DNA of 64,000 nucleotides from Hyphochytrium catenoides (lineage: Eukaryota; Protista; Hyphochytriomycota), in NCBI GenBank assembly GCA_900088475.1, contig FLMG01001570.1, positions 62,001-126,000 of the forward strand, read 5' to 3'. The notes under the pieces are model-generated. The model was given only the letters and a program-made list of their open reading frames with translations, did no database searches and was not told the DNA's origin. Below are positions 25,377 to 37,884 of this stretch, piece by piece. Numbering within the stretch: position 1 is the stretch's first letter; each line of letters begins with the position of its first letter. Both the position numbers and the translations under genes were made by a program.

Positions 25377-26661
25377 ATGGGCAATCTCTGCGCCGGAATC
25401 CGGATATCTGGACATGGATCAACCGTCTCAGACCTAGATAGGGAGATTACGCAGATACTGCGTAAGAAGAAGGCTATTCTGGACAGTTCTGATGAGAAAC
25501 ATCGGATAATGAGCTTCAACAAGGTCATTCTTCAATTTAGCACTATCCAGCGAGCGATGCGAAAGATCAAGGATGCCTTCAATTGCTTAGACGTGGTAAG
25601 CCCCAGGGCGACATCTCTCAGACTCAAACTTTTTGCCAAGTGACTCCTAATTTCTGATCCATGCAGGACCAAAAGGGCTCGATTGACTACGTTGGATTGA
25701 GATCATGCCTTAAGCTTTTGGGAACCGACATTTCTGACGATGTTATGAAGCAAATATTTGCTGAGTCAGGTGAGCTCCTCATTCAAGTCCTTAGGGACCC
25801 TTTCCTCATGTCTTCAGTTCGCGCCAACGGCTACTGTTGTCTTCTTCTTTGCGCTCTTGCCATAGCAGTCTATTGGGATCCCTTCCAAAGCTAACTTCTG
25901 CGCTGTTCTTTGCAGACTTCACTTCAAAGGGAGCTCTATCCTACAAGGAGTTTGTGGTCTCCCTCGCTATTGTCTATTTAATGGGCGCGGTACCCTCGCT
26001 GTCAGGGCCAGATTCTGTGAAAGCGACATCTGAACACAACAAAGCGACCGCTTCAGACAGAAACAGGCACCATACTAAGGACCCAACCGGACAAACAGCC
26101 GCAAGCACAACCTTACCAAACAATGAGCCAAGGGCATCGACCGCATGGACGCAGGAACGCCAGCCATCAAGTAATGGCCCCAGCACCCTCCCAACTATTA
26201 ACACCAACTCCGGTACAAAGGAGCCAGACATTCAGCCGCTTCCATCCCCTGTACGAGAGGCTCATAGAAGAGGCTCGAACATTATCAGTGACAACAAAGT
26301 CATCCTCCAGAAGGCTTTCCATCTCTTGGTTGACGCGTATCTCTTTTTTGATAAGGACGCTAGCGGGACTATCTCTAAAGATGAGATGCGAGCTGTTCTC
26401 ATTGAAGATAAAAGCAAACCAAGATCGGCGGAGTTAGAGGCAACAGCGCAGTTTTTGACCCAACATAGATGGGAAGAGATGGACTGGAACAAGGATGGTA
26501 CCATTACCTTTAAAGAGTTTCTCTTTGCCTTCGAGTCCTGGGTTTATGACGAAGAAGATCAGGAGGAGGAGATTTCCACGCAACCATCGGCCGGTGAAGG
26601 CTACAAGCACTCAGAGGAAACTCAAGCAAACAGCATTTTACGAAAACCGAAAAAGACATAA
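25377..26661 (+). CDS. Calmodulin-like EF-hand protein, CML21/22-like, with N-terminal MGNLC acylation motif
   Basis: 3 exons; SFNKVILQF, DVDQKGSIDY, YKEFVVSLAIVYL, FFDKDASGTISKDEM, RWEEMDWNKDGTITFKEFLFAFESWV match the plant CML21 pattern as recalled. Confidence 0.85.
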
Positions 26662-28002
26662 GGATCGTCGACGGCGCCTTAGGTTTGACGACCTCTTCAC
26701 GAACTTAGCGAGCACTGGGATGGAACCTGAAGCGTGGTGATATTGACGTTGTGTCTCAGCCTGCCGAGGAGCGAAAGCTCACTGACTAGGTTCCTAGATA
26801 AAACTTTCTCAAGACATAGAGAGTAACGAGCTTGCAGACCCGCTGGCAAAAGGAAAGTGTGATTCAGAAAAGTTGGTGCAAGACATCTATGGGCGAACCT
26901 AAGCTATTGGACATGGGACATGGGACATCATACGGAGGATCTCTAAACAACCTTCCTCCCGACGTATCTTGTTCGGGTTCCGTTGCTTTTATGTCTTTGA
27001 GATGTCGCTCGTCCTGCAGCTCAGTGTACAGAATAAAATATTAACGGCTTAAGTTAATCTTTACGACGCCAGACAAGAACTGACTTTTCACCCCCTTAAC
27101 CCTTTTTGGGGCCTTACGTCACTCTCTCCTCGAATCCACACTGGTAGCATGGCGCTAAGCATACATCACCTTTCGTGCGAGGTTTATTGGCACGTTCTGA
27201 TCTCATTTTATACTGAGTATCTTGCCGTGGCCTCAAAGCCATAGCAGGAGATTTTCCCGCGAAGGAACACTCTAGCTACCCTAAAAAGATTTGACTCTGA
27301 CTGCGATTAGATAACACCTCACCTGGGCGGGTAACTCTGCCCCACCTAAGACTTTGCCTTGGTTCTCCCACTGTGTGTCGTCCGTTCGACGGGTTGAAGC
27401 TCCTCATACCGTCATCTGCTCTCTATTCGCCACTAGCAGCTACGAGCCTTCAGAGGATAGATAAATTACCTGGGGTCATTGGGATAAGGTGTTGGGCCAG
27501 CGGTGGCATGGGTTGGAGACTCAAAGCATGCGAATCATGCTCCCCATCACATCTGGCGGTACAAGTCTACTTATTCCGAATATCCTACAACCCGCTCCGA
27601 GACAGAGAATGGTTAATGTTCTCACATTTAGAATCTATGAAGCATGAAACGGATTTATTTGATAGAGGGCAGTGTAGCAGCTTTGTGGCACCCATTCATA
27701 GGAGAGCAGAGCATGACCAGGCCTCATAAAGCTTGACTAGGCTCAGTTTGAAGCCCACCTGACCTCCTGAGACTTCTTTCAAGAGAACTAGCTGCTAGCA
27801 ACTAGCTGTAGGGCTATCGAGCGCAAATGAAGAGAGGCTGCAGCGCAATTATTCAGAACGGAGTCTCTGATCTGATGCTCATGATGGCTTTGCAAGGCTA
27901 GGGGTGGGACTCGTTACAGTGTCAGACAATCGAAAGAGGTGGTGCTGCACTACTTAGGGACGTGCTCTCTTACGGATCCTTGTAGGTGATAAGGATATTA
28001 GG

Positions 28003-28839
28003 ATGGAGGATCCATCGCCAAGGTCTTTTGGCAGCTCAGATGAGCGGTTTGAGACCTCCAGAGCAGTGGCAAAGCAAGGAGGCTATGCTAGTTCTGGAGA
28101 TGAGAGATTCGAGACTCCAAGGAATGCTACCTCTCGATCCTACCACTCTGAGAAGGACTATAAGACTCCAAGAGATGGTGGACAAGTATCAGGAGAAGAT
28201 GAAAGTGACTCTTACCACACTGGGAGAGAAGACAAGCACGCCTATGATGTGCCCATCATGCAAGTGGGCTATGTGCCCACAGCCTCTTATCCTCATGTGT
28301 CTAGTTACGGCTACCCTACTGTCCCAGTCATGGGCTACTCAGCTGATGCTACATATTTGGGGACCCCTTACGTTGTTCACGGCCCCTCGACGGTTGCGGG
28401 AGCTCCTGCCTACGGCGCTGGCTGGGGGCAGGGCGCGGTGTACTATCCAGTCGCTCAAAGCAAACAAGCACCAATTAGTAGGAAGGAAGAGAAGCGGACA
28501 GTAGAAGACATCTTCTCCCTGACGCGACACAACCGACACGAGGAGGTAGAAGCGCTGCTTTCTTCAGGCATTCCAGTAAGCGTTAGAGACCAGTATGGGA
28601 ACACGGTCCTTTCAATTGCCTGTCAGAACGGATTGAAGCGTCTCGCGAAGCTTGCACTCCGACGAGGGGCAGATATCAATTCGCAGAACTATAAGGGCAA
28701 CACACCGCTGCACTTCTGCTTTATGTATGGTTATGGCGATACTTTAGGGGAATATTTAATATCGAAAGGCGCCGATACACAGGTTCGGAACCTTGATGGG
28801 CTAACGTGCTTCGAAGTCGCGTCAGGTGCCCAAGAATAA
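28003..28839 (+). CDS. C-terminal ankyrin-repeat protein with Tyr/Gly/Pro-rich linker (possible upstream exon near 27460-27610)
   Basis: DIFSLTRHNR, DQYGNTVLSIACQNGLKRLAKLALRRGADINSQNYKGNTPLHFCFMYGY. A splice acceptor at about 27985 suggests a 5' exon. Confidence 0.85.
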   Translation: MEDPSPRSFGSSDERFETSRAVAKQGGYASSGDERFETPRNATSRSYHSEKDYKTPRDGGQVSGEDESDSYHTGREDKHAYDVPIMQVGYVPTASYPHVSSYGYPTVPVMGYSADATYLGTPYVVHGPSTVAGAPAYGAGWGQGAVYYPVAQSKQAPISRKEEKRTVEDIFSLTRHNRHEEVEALLSSGIPVSVRDQYGNTVLSIACQNGLKRLAKLALRRGADINSQNYKGNTPLHFCFMYGYGDTLGEYLISKGADTQVRNLDGLTCFEVASGAQE

Positions 28840-29743
28840 CGATTAAGAAAACCAGCAGGATATACCAGAGTATAGCAGAGTCTAGCTTCACTTGTCTTAC
28901 TTCCGACTCCCTTCAAGCACTTGCTCTTCCTCCAATCACCTTTAGTTGATAGGTCTGAGCTTCACGATGATGAACTCTACTGCGCACAGATCATGACTAC
29001 TCAGTGTCCTGATCATTATCGGGTAAACAACGATCGATATCACGCAGGCTGACTTATTGCCTTCTTGCAGCCACTGGGAACGCCATGGTGACTGATGATG
29101 GATCGTGAACAACTATCTGAGAGCTAGGCGCTAGATAATCTCCACATCTCTTTCAATGCTGATGCGTCTTCATCATTATTTTATTCTTATTGTACTTCCC
29201 TATAAATTACAAGGGAATTTGTGCGTTGTCGTTGTGCTGGTACTGTTCCTTCAAAATTATCAGAACTACGAAGCATAAAAGAGCGAGTCAGAGATCGAAA
29301 TAGACACGTCTAAGTACTCTTACCTTCCCAAGATAGCAGTGAGACAGAGGTCATACTAGATAGGCCCATATGCATGTCCTGTACCTTGGGACTGAGACCT
29401 TCGCGCTTCACTCTATCAGAGAGTTTGAATACAGGCACAAGGAAGTTCTGTCACCTGCTTCCTCAATCTCAGCACAGGGCACAGGCGCATGTCTCTCAGC
29501 GCCAACGCCCTTCCTCGCATCGGCAGAGACATCGACCAGAGAGCTTGCAGAGAACTGCAGAGAGAGAGAGATCGCCAACAGCAACCTCTCAGCTGGAGCT
29601 GAGGGCATGGCATTCGGCGAGCGGTGCTTGAGAGAGACTCCAGTTCCTCACTGAGTGCATCATCATCTGGACATTCGTTTTGGGACCTTGAGAGGCCGGG
29701 CCTTCTGCTGTGATCTGAAGTTGCCCGGCCTGCCTTTCGAGCG

Positions 29744-32700
29744 ATGTCGCTGCGCATGAAGTGTCCATCTTGTGGCTGCCCGGACATTGAGAACAATGAG
29801 GCACACGGTGCAGCCATTTGTACAGGATGTGGTGAGACAGAGCGCTTCTGTCAGACTTCAATATGACGACAGTCCACTACTCACCCTTACTACTCGCTCT
29901 GGGCAGCCCCATTCAGGTTCTTCCTTAAAAATTCAGCTCTCTTCTAAACTTCTTGTCCTTCCTTGCAGGAGCCGTCATTGAGGAAAACTCTATTGTCTCA
30001 GACCAGGTCGAATTTACTGAAGGCGCAGGTGGCAGCAGGTACACGTTCCGAGGATAGTGCTATGGTCTCCGCGTACTCATCGTTATCTCTCTTTCTCGCT
30101 CTCTCTTTCCTCGCTATCCTCAACTCTCTCACTCTGAAGCAATGATATCTACCCTCTATGCCCCTCTCTTACATCTGCATCCATTGCAATCGTTATCTTA
30201 TGAGGAGACTTATCTCACTCTCGCAGTCAATCTCCCCTGTCAATAGTTATCTGACTTTCATTTCTTCAGCTCTGTCATCGGCACTTTCGTGTCTGGCACT
30301 CGTACTAAGCCTTTCAGCTCCAACGTGGGCCCGGGCCACGTATTCGCCAAAGAGAGCCGAGAGGTAACCATTGAAAACGGGCGGAGAAGAATAGCGCAGC
30401 TGGCAGGGTCCTTACGCCTTGGGCAGCACTACATCGACTCAGCTTTGAGATACTTCCTCGTAGCAGTACAAAGGAATTTTGTGCAGGTAAGATATGCCTG
30501 GGGCATGCTAGACCTTTTTAGGCTGAAGGGAAGCGATGGAAACGTCAAAGGCGACGATAAACAGCTGTTGTGGGCAGACTCCTTACCTGCTAACCCCTTA
30601 CTTCATATGAACAGGGAAGAAAAACAAGCAACGTAGTTGCAGCTTGTCTCTACATTGTTTGCAGAAGAGAAAGATCAGCCCATCTTCTGATTGATTTCTC
30701 CGACGTTCTCCAGGTATGGTGAAGACAACTTTATGGTGAAGACACCTCTATCTCGCTGCTAATCTTTTCTGGCTCTGTAAGACAATGCCTATATACTCTT
30801 GCCCCACTGAAGTAGCTGCTGCCTCTCTCCTTCAAGGCTCCCTGTTATCATTACTTTCGGTGACCTTTCATGCCGATCCTTCACTCAATTACTATTCAAT
30901 GCGAGCCTGTAGCTCATCCTAAGTATAGTAGGCCCTAGTGATCTTCGACGAGGTCGTCTCTCCGCCATGCCTTGACAGTCTTCCTATGCCTTTTCGGGTG
31001 CTCTCTTTATCTTGGTGGTGGGCATGATCTGATACAAAGTCTATTCCGCAGACGAACGTATACGTCCTTGGTAGCTGCTTCCTTAAGTTCTGCAGGCTAC
31101 TGAACCTTAAGCTTCCTACGGTGGATCCAGCCCTCTTTATCCATCGCTACGCCTCAAAACTGGAGTTTGGAGATAAAACTCACGCGGTGGCAATGACAGC
31201 GCTACGCATAGTCAGCAGGATGAGCAGGGATTGGATTCAGACAGGCAGGAGGCCTGCGGGTATCTGTGGCGCCGCACTGTTGATCGCCGCGAGAACTCAC
31301 AACTTCAGGCGGACACAGAAAGAAGTGACTAATGTGAGAGCTTAGGGAAAGAAGGGTCGTTGTATGCTACAATCTACTCACTCATGCCTACCGTCTCCTC
31401 TCGTCATTGGGCGCTAAATTCCTTGCTCTTCCTTTCGTGATGCTATTACCATCCGCATTCCTCTGTCGTCGGTACCTTTCATGAGATCGAAGCACGTGTC
31501 CTCCTCCTCTATTATCCTTCTTCTTTGTCTGGCCTCTGAGCAGTTTATATACAGGTGGTCCACATAGGGGATGAGACTCTCCGTCTGCGCCTTCAAGAGT
31601 TTGAGATGACCCCATCAGGACAGCTAACGATTGAGCAATTTGACCGGCTAGAACTTGTACGCTTCTCCTATGCTCTTTATTTCCTCTCCTATGCTCTGAC
31701 CCGCCCTCGCTGCCGCCGTCCGAACACGGATCCTATTCACCAGGAAGCAGAATGCGACCCTCCAGCCTTCGTGCGGGCAAGGGAGAAGGAGATTACGGAG
31801 AACAAGCTCTTGCGACTGACGCAATTAGAAGAGGGCAAACCAGGTAAACAAGGGACACGTAGTAATGTCAGGGAGAGCTGCAACAACTGAGCCTGCTCTC
31901 ATTTAGGCTTGCTATGGAAAATCAAGGGCCCACAACAAGAAACAAGTAAGTCTGTCAGGTGCAGCCAGATGCTGGCACAATGTACTACGTGGCACTGGAT
32001 TGCGTGCTCTGTCGTTTAGCTTCTTTATACATCTAAATGCCATCTCTTTGGTCCCGAAATAGATGACAATGATCTCTCTGGTGACGAAGATGAGGAGACG
32101 AACGAGCTCGCGGATGCAGAGGCAGCGGCGAGAGACGTAGCCTCTCGGGCCCTCACGCATAAGAGGAAGAGGGTGGAGGTCAGTGCTATACAACTCATTG
32201 CCTCGGTTTACATACGGCAACTTTTTCTGAAGTTATTCCTTCACAGCGCCTCAAGCAAAAGCAGGAGACAGTCGCGCGACTATACAAGGTGATAGCGCAA
32301 GAGATAGAGGACAGTGGTGCCAATCATGAAGAGAGAGGGACGGCTCTTTCTGTGGTAAAAAAGGATAGCGAGGCCATTGTTCCGTCCTTCCGAGACCTTG
32401 AAGAAGATGAGGAGGCCACTCAGGCCATGCTGGCCCAGGACACGGAAGTAAGTCAAGGATAAGTCTTCGTACCATACCTTCTGTTTCTGTATGCTAGCCC
32501 TTCCGCCATAGGAAGCGCATGCTATCAGGTTTGGAGGAGAGTCGTTGTCTTCTTAAGCTCAGGACACTTTTTAAAGTGCCATTTCCTCTATATCAACGAA
32601 GGTGTAAAAGTCCTCCTCGCTCCTCGTAGGTAAATAGCGTGATCTTGTCGCCTGATGAGGTCAAAAAGAAGACTGCTATCTGGACCGCCCTTAATCAAGA

Positions 32701-34001
32701 CTACCTTGACCAGCAAGTAAGAGCCGTGACAGGCAGCTTATAGGATTCTGCGGTGTTTTCGACTTCCTTGGTTCCGGTGGCCTCGGGTCTCCATGTCTTA
32801 TGACCCCATAGACGTTAGTGACCTTGCCATGGGCTAATAATCGCAATGCTTTAGGCAGCAAAGGCAGAGCATGAGGCGGTTGTCGGCAAGCCTCAACCAC
32901 GGAAGAAGAGGAAGAAAGATGGGATCGGAAATGGACCAGCGGAAAGTGCGGCGGAGGCCACAAAGAATGTGAGAAGGCTTCAGTTAACTCTCTCTGTAGG
33001 CGTCTGCGAATTGTCTCTTCGTTGCAACATTGTAGCCCTATCTATTGTTCTCTCGCGATGGCCGCTTACCGCCTATATTTTTAGATGCTGCAGCAGAAGA
33101 GGATATCCAAAAAAATCAACTATGAGGCCTTGCAGGACCTTTTTGGAAAGAGGAAAGGTATGGAAAATTCAAATTCTTGCCAGGAGTCGCAGAATAACTT
33201 CAGCTCTTTGTTGTCTGCCTCACGCATCCCCGAATGCCACAGTTCCCAGCTGAGTCTTCACTCCTAGCTCTAACTCACGTCCTCTCTTCCCTCGTTTTGC
33301 CTTCGGTGGCGTCTATCATCTTCAAATCTTGGTCGTCAAGGGAGTATTTCCGTCATGGCACCTCCTGAGAAGGAGACTGAAATTGTCGAAGAGACTCATG
33401 AGCCCACTATTTCACTCGCCAAAGCTGGTGGACCCGCCAAGATCACTGGTAAGAAACCGTGGTGTCTAGGAGCTGTGAACCTCGGCTGCTATCCCGCTTC
33501 CTTTGTTCTAGATAATTCCTACTTTCTGTGCTACTTCACTCTGCGAAGTCCTCTTTCCTGATTTGTTCGTGTTGTTGCAGTGGGTGCCTCCATCGCCAAG
33601 GATCTGCCCCCTCCTGCCAGACAACAACCGATCCGAAAGGACAACGAGGAGAAAGAGGAGGAAGAAGACGAAGAGGAAGAAGAAGATGAGGAAGAAGACG
33701 AAGCCGGGGCAAAGGGAGACGAGGACAAAGAAGAGGAGCTGGAAGTGGTTGTGGAGGTAAAGATCGAAAGCCTGATGCATCACATTCTTGAGGACACAGG
33801 ACTCTGTGTACACTTCTTTGACAATATTTTACTCACTGTTTCCCTGTCACAACGCATCTTCCTCTCGGTCTCTCGGTCCCTTTTCCCCCGCCTTTGTAGG
33901 ACCATCACACTGGTGTGGCGCCTTCTGGAGGCATGGACGACTACGATGATGAGCAACAGGGCTACGCAGATGACTATGACGATTACGAGGAGGAACTGTG
34001 A
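29744..34001 (+). CDS. BRF1: TFIIIB subunit Brf1 (TFIIB-related factor)
   Basis: Zn ribbon MKCPSCG...ICTGCG, cyclin repeats ([72 protein letters not shown]), [17 protein letters not shown]. Confidence 0.93.
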
Positions 34002-34308
34002 CCGGTGCTAGGCTTACTTTATTTATTTGCGTACAGTATGGAAGGGGCGACACAGAGAGCGCAAGGAGGAGCATGACGGCGGGTAATGGTGGAGGGAAGG
34101 TTATTTATACATTTTTTGCCTAAGGCGGGGAGCGCGTAAGAGGGCAAGTAATTATATTATTTACATCGCTTTGCATCTTTGCTAAACATCGTCGAGACTA
34201 CGTATCATACAGAGTGAACACCGCCCAATAATGTACGGGACGAAGAGAGGAAGATGCGGGCAGAGAGGTATCGAGGACCATGGCTTGCTGTCAGCTAGAC
34301 CTCCAGCC

Positions 34309-36777
34309 TTAAGTGACCTTCTTGGCAAGGTTCTTATAGCCGACACCCAGGCAGGAGAGGAGAACCCCACCTCCTTCTGCGCGTACCTTGAAGGTGATGC
34401 CGAAAAAGTCCTTCAGCTGCCTTAAACACTCAATACTGCGGGGAATGGTCTGATTAGAGAGCTGCTAATAGATACTACTGAAGCGCGGGGGGCGAATTGC
34501 CTTAACGTCTCTTACCTTTGTGGAGTGAGTTTGCCAAACTTTACTCTCGACACATCTTCAGGGCACAGCGTCATCAGCAGAAGAACCAAAGTCTGATGGG
34601 AGTTGTCCACGAATCCACCCTGCAGTAGCACATTTGATTATGAAAATGGGGCAGAAGCTGCTCAGCCTGCATAGCCTAGTCCCTATATCATACATACAAC
34701 GCACCATTGCCTCTATCTCTTCCCCATAATGTCCTTTGTAATCCTAGCAAACACGGTATAGCCAAAGTGCAGTGTGGATTGTGCCGTATAACCTTCCCTT
34801 CCTCATATTTGGCCAACTTACGTGTGCAATTTGTTGACATAATAGCTGCGCTGTCAGTTTTCCTAAGTCTTCCGGAAGTGTGCCACCCGCTGCTGCTTTC
34901 TCCACTCCTAACAGAGCACCCGTAGTGGACTCTGCTACGAGGGTCAAACCAAACCCAGGAGAGCTGTGCAAGGATAGGGGTGGAGAAAGAAACAAGAAAA
35001 AGTCGTAAGAGGCATCCTTCCAGGTCAGCAAGAGAGATGAGGCCGTCACAGTCATAGTGTTTAAAAATAGTGCCATCGTGCCTCCTTGCAATGCAGGTTA
35101 ACTCATCGTAACAGGGGGAAAGGAGTACAGGTGCAAGGTGCCAACCACAACAGTTAGAACTTAGAAGGCCATAGAAATGACAGTACTTTGGATCCGTCAC
35201 TTACAGCCCTGACTCCGCTCCCTTATAGTGGTCAGTGTAGATGTACACATCCGGAATGAAGCGATTGAGGATCCCCCTAGGGTCAAGCCTTTGTTAAAAC
35301 ATGCCCACAGGCTCAAAAGAATAACAGAGGCAAAGAAAGGAACCTGCGCTAGCAAGTGAGCGTATGATAGAGGAACCGTGCTCTACTGTCGATGTGGATC
35401 AAAGAGTCCATACTCCTCTTACCTGCCTGCTTCCACTATCCTATTTGAGGTCTGTGGAGACACTCGAGTAGAGTAGGCAAGGCCTCTACCAATAACAGGC
35501 AGAAGGTAAGAATAGTCAGTTTGAGGGCTAACAAAGAAAGGGTACCATTGATGCCATGCGCTTTACCTTATTCTCTTTACGAACCCTTCGTCTACGAGGT
35601 TTATAGGCTTGAGCTCGCGAACCACTGGACAGGAAAAGAGGACCTAGTAGGAGAGAGTCAGACAGATAAGAGAATAATTCAGAAGATAGTACGCTAGACA
35701 CACAGGGGCTAAAAGTGAGAGAGAGAATAGAGACCACAGATTATGCAAGAGCGTCTCTACCTGGCCTCCACCTTGGGGAGGGGCTCCCCTCTTCTTAATC
35801 TTTAGCTGAATGTCTCCACCTTGATCAACGCCAAAGTGCTGATACAAGAAAGAAGAGCAAGTCATTGAGTGCAGCCTAACTTATCATTTTATTGGCATAC
35901 TGGAAGTATTAAGACAAATCAGAAGAGTAACAAAGGAGAGGAATGATAAGGCAAGAAAGTCCAGGCAAAGATGAGGGAAATCTATTCTAAAGGAATGTGA
36001 AGAAGCGGAAAGAGCGCTGCTCGTTGCTTTTACCTACCTTCAATAGTGGCAGCGTTACCGTTCTGAGGGTGTCCACACCTAAGTCTATGTCGTCATTTGT
36101 TATCCCGCTCAGCACCATGGAGACCGGCTGCTTTGCGAAGGGACAGAGAGGCAGCAGGCCCTCAAGGAACCATCCTATGGCTCTAGATAGCAGTAAGTGG
36201 TATAAAGTTAGGCACTATCGTAATGTATCCCTGTGATTGACATTGGTCTCTAGCTCTGTCTTCTCTCTCCATACATTTCTTCGGCGATTGCCCTGTTTAC
36301 GTTAATAACGCACCTTGATGTTCCGCAATCATGCTCTATGGCGCCTCCAACGATAACTCCCGGCTTGTATCTTAGCACTGTTCCTGTCTCATTGATCTCA
36401 ATCTCACTCCCGTTCGTCAGCTTGTCCATAATGCGGAGAAATGAGGCTTCAAAGTCTAGTGAAAGGACGGATCTGCTTTAGAAGCGTGCCATTGCCAGAA
36501 AATAGTATAGAGCCAAGCTGCATTGCTATCAAGAAGGAACTGCTAAAAAATAAGCTGAGCAAGCTCGATAGCCAAACAGATGAGCAAGGGAACGGACTGA
36601 GGGCAGAGCACATAATTTGATTAAAGTGCAAAGGCCCGTAGCAAAATACTTACCGGTGAGGCCTGGCTCCTCATCGTCTGCCCGAATGTCGTCGATTTTG
36701 ATCCTCCGCCCGCTGAGTGTTGCACATACAATTCTCTGCCTGAAGTTTGCGCAGCCTTTGAACTTGAGAGAGGACAT
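34309..36777 (-). CDS. RCL1: RNA 3'-terminal phosphate cyclase-like protein Rcl1
   Basis: LKFKGCANFRQRIVCATLSGRRIKIDDIRADDEEPGLTDFEASFLR, GILNRFIPDVYIYTDHYKG, SPGFGLTLVAESTTG, LLSCLGVGYKNLAK. Confidence 0.93.
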
Positions 36778-37884
36778 GACTCTGGATGAGGCTCTCCCGA
36801 GCCTTAGAAGTCCTGCTTTCCCTCCCTGCTCTGGCGACGGCTTCGTCAAGGGGTACGCTCCAAATAGTCAAGTCTTGCAATCGGATTAGAGGATGAGATC
36901 TGCTATGGCCCTGGACGTGATGGACTTAATGCTGCCTCCAATGTGCTTCTCCTTCTTCGCTATACTTCTTGTAAGCTTCTCCTGATGTGATCCTCTCACT
37001 TCAGAGTTACTTCTCTTACTTGCGCTATAGTCCCGGCCCGGTAAGCTCCTCTAGACAACCTTCTCTGGCCACCAACTCCCCGGTTCTTTAGCTGAAACCA
37101 CGTGGTGAGGTCTCTTCCTGGCGCTTTGTTACGGGCTCGTGTGTCTCTTCCTAAGTTCTCTCATCACGATGCGGAGCTTCTGATCACCAGGTCGATGATG
37201 GGCAGGATGACCTTTCTGCTGCTGCAGCTTCGCATCTACAGTTCGGATGGCGACCAACCAACAAAGGAACCATCGAACCATCAACCTTATGAGGAATATC
37301 AAGCCTTTGATCAGGTATATGTAAGATAGAATCGTACGGCTACAGTATATGGACGGTACAGGGGTAGTACTGTAGGACTTGTAAGGTTGAGGAATGATGC
37401 TGTCCGGCAGCAGGTCCAACTAATAAATCTGCAGCGCTGATAGATCCTGCAATGGCCTGGTCCTGTCCTCCTCCGCTCAGTTCCATCACATCGCCGTGCA
37501 TCATCAATGAAGCCTTTGTCGAGCCTTATTATTGGGATTGAGAGACTAAGTACGAGCTGATAGGAGTTCAATGCCACTGCGTTACATGATACGGAGTACA
37601 AGCTTAGCTGAAAGGTGTCTCTGACCGGAACTGATGGGGTGCGGATGGGAAGATGGACGTTAGATGACAATAATACTGCATGATGGGAAAGTTATTATAT
37701 GACATTCAATGTTTAGTAGGGTCTTTGTCTATTGGGACCAGACGCATTATGTCATAGCGGTGCAGCGGCGTAGGAGAAGAGACAGACAAGGTGAAGCCAG
37801 GGGTATTGAAGCACTATGCTTGCAACTAAAGGTGTGGGTGTCGTCATCAATGAGAGTATGACTGCTGTCTTTCGGTGTCGTGTA

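Noticed and set aside
28960-29125. ATGATGA...CTGA and an 8-bp inverted repeat (ttcacgat/atcgtgaa), U3- or snoRNA-like
   Set aside because: No U3 box A/B and no guide identified; an intron reading fits better.
6547-36777. Apparent cluster of RNA-metabolism genes (SPT6, MTR4, BRF1, RCL1)
   Set aside because: Interspersed with unrelated genes; plausible by chance in a compact genome.
37390-37640. Several ATGA..CTGA pairs suggesting a C/D snoRNA cluster
   Set aside because: Degenerate C boxes, short spacing, and no convincing rRNA-complementary guide next to a D box.
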